The position numbers and the translations under genes are program-made. 64,000 bases of DNA from Segetibacter sp. (GTDB lineage Bacteria > Bacteroidota > Bacteroidia > Chitinophagales > Chitinophagaceae): positions 1,832 to 65,831 of the forward strand of contig JANPHE010000273.1 of NCBI GenBank assembly GCA_031424295.1, given 5' to 3'. Below the pieces are notes generated by a model. That model made no database searches. It had not been told where the DNA came from and saw only the letters and a list, made by a program, of their open reading frames with translations. Shown one piece after another: positions 57,528 to 64,000 of this stretch (position 1 is the stretch's first letter; every line of letters starts with the position of its first letter).

Positions 57528-58060
57528 CTGCTTAACCTGTTTCAATTCTGCACATAGTGTTCGTTATCGGACATTTATTATCATCAGGGTTGCACGTAAA
57601 TATTTGATTATTAATTTATTGTTAGTTGGCACCTCTATTGATACCATTAAGAAACAATTCAGTGAACATGTGCTATTCCTTTTCGAAAAAAATTTCCTCT
57701 TCATTATTTCTTACTGCGATATTTATGGCAGCTATTTTATTAATCAACAGCACAATAGGCAAGCACAACCCCCAATTGTCAAATGAAACAAGGCCTGTTA
57801 ACGAAAGTGAGTTGCTATTTACGCTAAAAGGATTTTGAGTAAAATATTATTCCCTTATCTAAATTTCTAGTCTTCATTATCCTGCGAAAGCTCCATCAAT
57901 CCGAATGTGGCTTTTTTTATTTTCTGAAAAAATCGTTTTCAAAAACAAACTAGTTGTACGATATCGGACAATTTTGAGAATATGAATTGAATTAACCTGT
58001 TGAATATCAGATCGTTTTGTTTGGCACTCCTCTTGGAACTAATTTGGAAATATAACCTGC

Positions 58061-59311
58061 ATGGATAAAGTAATTGGCAAAGAAGTAGTACAGAAAAAAA
58101 AGAGAAGTACGGTATTTACAATCATTATTGTTTTGGTGCTTTTAGCTGTTGCTGTTTTCTTTTTAAGGGCATCTATATCTACTACTCTTTCCAGGCAAAG
58201 CATAACTACCGCAGTAGTTGAGATGGGTAGTATCGAAAATACAATGACTGCTTCGGGTGAAATAGTCCCTGAATTTGAACAGGTTATAACCAGCCCAATC
58301 AACGCATCTATTCAACAAGTAATACTAGATGCTGGCAGCAAAGTAAATGTTGGTCAATCGGTGCTTACACTTGATAAGCAGGAAACTGAGATGGAATTTA
58401 CGAAGCTTCGTTTTCAACTAGAGTCAAAGCGTAACAATATTAAAAAGCTGCAATTGGAATTGAATAAGAGTTTTTATGATATTCAGTCAAATGACAACAT
58501 AAAGAAGCTAAGAATAAGCAGCCTTGCAGCAGCAGTAGAAGATGCAAAAAGATTGTTCAAAGCAGGAGGCGGTACAAGAGAGTCCATTGAACAAGCTGAA
58601 TTAGATCTTAAGATTGCCCAATTGGAAAAGAAGCAACTTGAAAATGAAATACTCAGCAAGCAACAGACCATGAAAGTGGATATTCGGGAAGCAGAAATAG
58701 CAGCCAAAATACAGGAAGCGGACCTTGCAGAACTACAAAGAAAATTGCAACAGGCAAACATTATTACAAGCAGGGCAGGAGTAATGACATGGGTAAACAA
58801 AAACATTGGCTCAGTAGTAAGAGAAGGAGAAGTACTTGCGCGGATTGCAGACCTCGGAAGCTATAAAGTGACCGGTACTATCTCAGATACCTATCTCAAT
58901 GATTTGAGCGTCGGTTTGCCAACCATCATAAAAATAAACGATTCAACAGTAAGAGGAATAGTGATCAATATTCATCCTTCTATACAGAACAACATTGTTT
59001 CATTTGATGTTCAATTGGATCAGAAGAACAGCCACCTCTATCGGCCCAATATGAAAGTTGAGGTTTTTTTAGTAACCAACAAAAAAAGCAATGTCATGAG
59101 GGTTGCAAACGGAGCGGCTTTCAAAGGAGGAAGTACGCAAGATATTTTCGTTGTGAATGGAGACAAAGCTCAAAAACGTACAGCAAAAATTGGACTTTCC
59201 AACTTCGATTATGTTGAGATTATGGACCAGGTAAAACCCGGAGATGAAATCATTACATCGGATATGAGTTCGTATGTAAATTCTAAGGAAATAACCATCA
59301 AAAACAAATAG
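58061..59311 (+). CDS. HlyD/MacA-type periplasmic adaptor subunit
   Basis: An N-terminal TM anchor, a long coiled-coil hairpin (LQLESKRNNIKKLQLEL...LENEILSKQQTM...AELQRKLQQ), then a beta-barrel/lipoyl-like C-terminal part. Confidence 0.8.
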   Translation: MDKVIGKEVVQKKKRSTVFTIIIVLVLLAVAVFFLRASISTTLSRQSITTAVVEMGSIENTMTASGEIVPEFEQVITSPINASIQQVILDAGSKVNVGQSVLTLDKQETEMEFTKLRFQLESKRNNIKKLQLELNKSFYDIQSNDNIKKLRISSLAAAVEDAKRLFKAGGGTRESIEQAELDLKIAQLEKKQLENEILSKQQTMKVDIREAEIAAKIQEADLAELQRKLQQANIITSRAGVMTWVNKNIGSVVREGEVLARIADLGSYKVTGTISDTYLNDLSVGLPTIIKINDSTVRGIVINIHPSIQNNIVSFDVQLDQKNSHLYRPNMKVEVFLVTNKKSNVMRVANGAAFKGGSTQDIFVVNGDKAQKRTAKIGLSNFDYVEIMDQVKPGDEIITSDMSSYVNSKEITIKNK

Positions 59312-59312
59312 G

Positions 59313-60773
59313 ATGAACCCTAAAATAATAGCCATTGTCTTTCTTTTTGCTTTTGAGGGTTTATACTGCCAAACCAAAGATACCACCCGCCTTACTTTAT
59401 ACCAGGTAATTGAAATGGCAAAAAGTAAATCTATAGCTGCAAAGCAAGCGGGTACACAATTGCAAACCAAATATTGGGAGTGGAGGACTTTTCGCAGCAA
59501 TTTTAAACCACAGCTTTCATTGAACGGTATTTTGCCCGGCTATACCAAATCTTTTCAGGAAGTAGTGCAACCCAATGGCACCATAGATTTTCAGCCTGTC
59601 AGGAATAATAATTCATCTTTAAATCTTGCCCTGAGCCAAAGCATAGCAGCTACCGGCGGTACCGTATTTGGAACAACGCAGATACAACGGTTTGATGATT
59701 TTGACAGAAAATTGCAGTTGTACAACGGAGTACCATATGCCATTGGGTATAGCCAACCACTCGCCATGTTTAATGCGCTAAAATGGGAGCAGAAAATCGC
59801 ACCATTAAAATACAATGAAAGCCGGCAGGCATACATAGAGTCGATGGAACAGATCGCAATAAAAGGTACAGGTTATTTCTTCGATCTTTTGCTGGCGCAA
59901 GTGAATCTTACAATTGCAGAAACCAACTTGATTAATACGCAAAACATCCGCCGGATTGCAGACGAAAAATTTGATATGGGGAAGATTGCAAGGAATGAAA
60001 TTTTACAATTGGAATTGGAGCAATTAAAAGCACAAAAATCTGTTGGAATTGCCAAGCGTGATATGGAGATTGCCGCATTAAACCTAAAATCATTTACCGG
60101 ATTGGGAAGCGCTGAAAAGATTGTTTTATTAGTTCCCGGCCAAATTATTCAGACAGAGATAGATGCTGATAAAGTATTGACTGAGGCCATGGCAAACAGG
60201 TCGGACGCTATCGCTTTTTTGAGGCGGATAACAGAAGCAAAGAGAGATGTTGCCAAAGCTAAAGGAGACAATGGATTAAACGCCAGTCTTACTGCTCGTT
60301 TTGGTTATGCTAAAAGTGCGGCGAACATTGGCAAAGTCTATCAATCACCACAAAACCAACAACAGTTTCAGATAGAATTTGATATTCCGATTATGGATTG
60401 GGGCCGGTCAAAATCGAGGATGAAAACAGCAGAAGCCAATCGCCAGTTTACTGAGTATGCAGTAGAGCAGGACAAGCAAAATTTTGCGCAGGAAATTTAT
60501 ACGCAGGTTACCTTATACAAAATGATGAAAGAGCAAATGATATTGAATGCCAAAGCAGATAGCATTGCGTCGGAGAAATACCAAATTGCAAAAGATCGGT
60601 ACGTGTTGGGAAAAATGAGCATTACGGACTTAAGCATTGCCTTTCAGGAAAATGACCAGGCTAAGAGAGATTACATATATGGTTTAAAAGATTTTTGGAG
60701 TTCCTATTATCAGCTCCGTTATTTAAGCCTTTATGACTTTGAACAACAACAAAAAATTATTTATAAAAATTAA
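59313..60773 (+). CDS. TolC-family outer-membrane efflux protein
   Basis: Signal peptide followed by two repeated alpha-helical/beta halves (LTLYQVIEMAKSKS..., LNLTIAETNLINTQNIRRIADEKFDMG...). It starts 1 nt after the adaptor gene stop. Confidence 0.8.
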   Translation: MNPKIIAIVFLFAFEGLYCQTKDTTRLTLYQVIEMAKSKSIAAKQAGTQLQTKYWEWRTFRSNFKPQLSLNGILPGYTKSFQEVVQPNGTIDFQPVRNNNSSLNLALSQSIAATGGTVFGTTQIQRFDDFDRKLQLYNGVPYAIGYSQPLAMFNALKWEQKIAPLKYNESRQAYIESMEQIAIKGTGYFFDLLLAQVNLTIAETNLINTQNIRRIADEKFDMGKIARNEILQLELEQLKAQKSVGIAKRDMEIAALNLKSFTGLGSAEKIVLLVPGQIIQTEIDADKVLTEAMANRSDAIAFLRRITEAKRDVAKAKGDNGLNASLTARFGYAKSAANIGKVYQSPQNQQQFQIEFDIPIMDWGRSKSRMKTAEANRQFTEYAVEQDKQNFAQEIYTQVTLYKMMKEQMILNAKADSIASEKYQIAKDRYVLGKMSITDLSIAFQENDQAKRDYIYGLKDFWSSYYQLRYLSLYDFEQQQKIIYKN

Positions 60774-60849
60774 AAGAACGCACATGATAACTTATGAAAC
60801 TTCAGAAAAATTGGCTAGCGAAAAATCACTTAACTCAAAAACAAATACC

Positions 60850-61515
60850 ATGATCAGGCTTTCAAATATCCACAAAGTTTACAGGACAGACACCATAGAA
60901 ACGTTGGCACTCAATAATATTGACCTCAATGTAGAAAAGGGAGCGTTTCTTTCTATAATGGGTCCCTCAGGATGTGGCAAAAGCACTTTGCTCAACCTGA
61001 TGGGGTTGTTGGATGCACCTAATAAAGGCGAAGTGACGATAGACAATGTTCAAACTATTAATTTAAGAGATAAAGAACTCGCTGCTTTTAGAAATAAAAA
61101 GATTGGTTTTATTTTTCAGAGCTACCATTTGATCAACGACTTAAAAGTGCTGGACAATGTTGAGTTGCCATTATTATATCGCAAGTCTTCTGCCAAAGAA
61201 AGAAAGCAATTGGCCAGTGAAGCCCTGGAAAAGGTTGGATTAAGTAATCGGATGAAACATTTTCCTACACAATTGTCAGGTGGTCAAAAGCAACGGGTGG
61301 CTATTGCCCGTGCCATAGTTGGTCAGCCTGAAATAATATTGGCCGATGAACCAACAGGTAACCTGGACAGTGCTATGGGAAATGAGATCATGGATATACT
61401 GCTTCATCTTAATGCTGATTATGGAACCACCATTGTAATGGTAACGCATGATGAACAAATGGCCCGCAAAACCCATAAACTCATCAGACTGTTTGATGGT
61501 TCTCAAGTCATGTAG
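60850..61515 (+). CDS. ABC transporter ATP-binding protein (MacB/LolD type)
   Basis: Walker A GPSGCGKST, signature LSGGQKQRVAIARA and Walker B ILADEPT. The start is either MIRLSNIHKVY (60850) or ATG at 60784; the ORF track start of 60733 is unlikely. Confidence 0.9.
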   Translation: MIRLSNIHKVYRTDTIETLALNNIDLNVEKGAFLSIMGPSGCGKSTLLNLMGLLDAPNKGEVTIDNVQTINLRDKELAAFRNKKIGFIFQSYHLINDLKVLDNVELPLLYRKSSAKERKQLASEALEKVGLSNRMKHFPTQLSGGQKQRVAIARAIVGQPEIILADEPTGNLDSAMGNEIMDILLHLNADYGTTIVMVTHDEQMARKTHKLIRLFDGSQVM

Positions 61516-61550
61516 GTTCTATTTTTTTTACAGAATTAATATTCAACAAG

Positions 61551-62789
61551 ATGCTTAAAAATTATTTTATTATAGCGATAGCGGTGCTTAAAAGGCGTAA
61601 ATTTTTCACATTCATCAGCCTTTTTGGTATCAGTTTTACGCTCACCATTCTCATGGTGGTCACTGCTTTTATAAATCACGTTATAAGTCCTGATTATCCT
61701 GAAATAAATCGAAGCAAGTCTTTGTATGTTGCTTTTTTAAGACAAGAAAATACTAAGGAAGGTTGGGCAAATCAATCACCGGGTAGCTACTACTATTTTG
61801 ATCATTATGTCAACAAAATGAAGACGCCGGATAAGGTGGCCATTTCTACTTTGTTTGCTGCAAGCAATACCTATGTAAACAATAAGAAAATCCTGGTAAA
61901 TCTGAAATACACCAATGCGGATTACTGGAAAGTTTTAGAATATCATTTTTCTGAAGGAAAGGCATTTGGAGAACGGGAGATAGGCAATAGCGAAAAAGTA
62001 GCGGTCATTTCTGAACAAACCAAAGAGCAATATTTTGGAAAAGATGTGAATGCTGTTGGTAAGTATATTGAAACGGATAATATACAATATAGGGTGGTGG
62101 GTGTTGTTCAAAATGTGCCAATGACTATGCCATACATATATGCCGATATGTATTTGCCATATACCGTTTCCAAAGCAGGTTATCAATCAACTGAATTGAC
62201 TGGTAATTACATTGGAATATTGATGGCTAAATCTGAAAGTGATGTTCCGAAAATGGCGCAGGAGTACGAAGCATTGGTCCCAAAAGTATCACCATTGAAT
62301 AAAGGATTTGATGTGCTGGAGACTCAAGCAGATCCTTATCTGGCAACTTTTACCAGGCAAATGATGGGCAGCAATAATGATAGTGGTGTAGCTTCTTTTG
62401 TACTCATTGTTTCTTTGCTTGCTTTATTATTTATGTTGCTCCCTACGCTTAATTTAATCAACATTAACATTAGCAGAATAATGGAGCGATCGTCAGAGAT
62501 TGGCGTTAGAAAAGCATTTGGTGCAAGTGCTTCTACATTAGTTTATCAGTTTATAGTTGAGAATGTCATTTTCACCTTTATTGGTGGAGCTATTGGTGTT
62601 TTACTTTCTTACATAGCTATTAGTACCATCAACAGCAGTAACCTGATTGAACATGCCCAATTGAAAATGGATACCAATGTATTAATCATTAGCTTCTTTG
62701 CTTGTCTTGTTTTTGGATTACTCTCAGGCGTTTATCCGGCATGGCGCATGTCAAAATTGCACGTTGTTAACGCATTAAAAGCTTCTTAA
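61551..62789 (+). CDS. FtsX-like ABC permease (MacB periplasmic-domain type)
   Basis: An N-terminal TM helix, a large periplasmic domain, then three C-terminal TM helices with EIGVRKAFGAS in the FtsX-family cytoplasmic loop. Confidence 0.85.
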   Translation: MLKNYFIIAIAVLKRRKFFTFISLFGISFTLTILMVVTAFINHVISPDYPEINRSKSLYVAFLRQENTKEGWANQSPGSYYYFDHYVNKMKTPDKVAISTLFAASNTYVNNKKILVNLKYTNADYWKVLEYHFSEGKAFGEREIGNSEKVAVISEQTKEQYFGKDVNAVGKYIETDNIQYRVVGVVQNVPMTMPYIYADMYLPYTVSKAGYQSTELTGNYIGILMAKSESDVPKMAQEYEALVPKVSPLNKGFDVLETQADPYLATFTRQMMGSNNDSGVASFVLIVSLLALLFMLLPTLNLININISRIMERSSEIGVRKAFGASASTLVYQFIVENVIFTFIGGAIGVLLSYIAISTINSSNLIEHAQLKMDTNVLIISFFACLVFGLLSGVYPAWRMSKLHVVNALKAS

Positions 62790-62810
62790 TTACTATTTTA
62801 AAACTATTAT

Positions 62811-63986
62811 ATGCTTACTCATTTATTTAAATTGATCTGGAATAAAAAGAAACAGAATTTCCTGATGATTACAGAAATGTTTGTTTCCTTTCTTGTCATT
62901 TTCGCTGTGTTTTCTATGCTCGTCTATAAATATAATAATTACAAAGTCCCTGTTGGATTTGATTTTAAGGACGTGTGGGTGGTAAATTATAATGATGCCA
63001 TCAAACCTGTAGATGCAGACTCTGTTGCCCTATATATGAACAATATCAGGCAATCGCTGAAGTCGCTTCCGGGGGTAGTTGATGTATCATTTGCCAGTGG
63101 CAACGTTCCTTTTTCATTCAATACAAACAATACGGAATTAAACAACAATGGTAAAAAGTATCGTTCCAATATTTTTACTGTAGAGGCCAATTATGCTTCT
63201 TTATTCAAAAACAAAATGATAGAAGGCAGGTGGTATGATAAATCGGATATTCCTGCAAAACCGTTTCCGATAGTTATCAATCAAACGCTGAAAAGGGAGA
63301 TATTTGGAAATGAAAACGCTCTGGGTAAAACGATTATTCAGGACAAAGAAAAACTGAAGATAATTGGTGTAGTTGCAGATATGAAAGACAGGGGCGAATA
63401 TGAAACTCCTGAGGCAGGCTATTTCAATTTGGCAGATACGGGGGCTTATAAATGGAATAGTACTATTCTGGTTCGGGTGCAGCCTGATGTTGATGCTGCT
63501 TTTGAGGCTAAGTTATTTAAAACACTTAACAATGTTATTTATAATGCCAATATAGAAATAGAGCATTTTGATGATAAGGAAGAAAGAAAGAATAAAATAA
63601 GTCTGGTGCCATTAATTATTTTAGTAGTAGTGGCGGGTTTTCTAATTATTAATGTTGCTTTGGGTTTGTTTGGTGTATTGTGGTACAATATCAGTAAGCG
63701 GCGGGGCGAGATTGGGTTGAGAAGGGCAATTGGGGCATCCGGAAATATGATAGCCAAACAGTTAATTGCGGAAGCGCTTATATTAAGTACTTTATCGTTG
63801 TTATTGGGGTCTTTTTTCGCTATTCAATTTCCATTGATGAATGTGTTTGATATGCCTTCGCAGGTTTATTATACTGCAATGCTTTTAGCCATCATTTTTA
63901 TTTATCTATTGGTATTGGTTTGTGCATTGTACCCGGGTAAGCAGGCCGCAGCTATTATGCCTGCAGTAGCTTTGCACGAAGATTAA
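62811..63986 (+). CDS. FtsX-like ABC permease (second paralogue)
   Basis: Same topology as the preceding gene. EIGLRRAIGASG is the FtsX loop motif. Confidence 0.85.
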   Translation: MLTHLFKLIWNKKKQNFLMITEMFVSFLVIFAVFSMLVYKYNNYKVPVGFDFKDVWVVNYNDAIKPVDADSVALYMNNIRQSLKSLPGVVDVSFASGNVPFSFNTNNTELNNNGKKYRSNIFTVEANYASLFKNKMIEGRWYDKSDIPAKPFPIVINQTLKREIFGNENALGKTIIQDKEKLKIIGVVADMKDRGEYETPEAGYFNLADTGAYKWNSTILVRVQPDVDAAFEAKLFKTLNNVIYNANIEIEHFDDKEERKNKISLVPLIILVVVAGFLIINVALGLFGVLWYNISKRRGEIGLRRAIGASGNMIAKQLIAEALILSTLSLLLGSFFAIQFPLMNVFDMPSQVYYTAMLLAIIFIYLLVLVCALYPGKQAAAIMPAVALHED

Positions 63987-64000
63987 AAATTGAATATTTT

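Noticed and set aside
57604-57786. 60-aa ORF MIINLLLVGTSIDTIKK...
   Set aside because: It overlaps the alternative-frame small ORF discussed in the findings and has no signal or motif. At most one of the two can be real, and neither is proven.
1-64000. tRNA, rRNA, tmRNA, RNase P and SRP RNA genes
   Set aside because: I scanned by eye for T-loop (GGTTCGAAT/GGTTCAAAT-like) and other conserved cores and found none. This is a weak negative, and tRNAscan-SE or Infernal should confirm it.

Overview
AT-rich chromosomal segment that reads like a Bacteroidota genome, possibly Chitinophagia or Sphingobacteriia (inference). Supporting markers are PorV, a large cargo protein with a T9SS C-terminal sorting domain, BshA, an ECF sigma with a membrane/beta-barrel partner, and a dut-DUF4292-M23 neighbourhood. 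I call about 50 protein-coding genes. Most are housekeeping: ispF, dut, bshA, sucA, sucB, pyrR, guaA, rpsA, xerD, Ppx/GppA, an M1 peptidase and AMP nucleosidase. Accessory content includes an HTH-fused MntA/HepT toxin-antitoxin pair at the left edge, a 42-bp tandem array, a Tat-ferritin-like/DUF4142 cluster beside a ~1 kb ORF-free region, and a MacAB-TolC-like efflux operon. I recognised no rRNA, tRNA, CRISPR array, transposase or phage gene by eye. The most interesting candidate for an undescribed system is a tightly coupled operon at 14153-21563. It encodes a PqqD-like small protein, an ATP-grasp ligase, a fold-type III PLP decarboxylase, a urea-transporter-like channel fused to an M23 peptidase, a TPR/beta-barrel protein and two tandem TPR paralogues. 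A GNAT gene lies upstream and a YkuD_2 L,D-transpeptidase-like gene downstream. A second item is an ~85-nt noncoding element present twice (3567-3650 and 45095-45179) whose hairpin is kept by different sequences in the two copies. All assignments rest on motif recognition from the supplied translations and my own reading of the DNA; no database search was run. Start codons are often uncertain because Bacteroidota lack strong Shine-Dalgarno signals.
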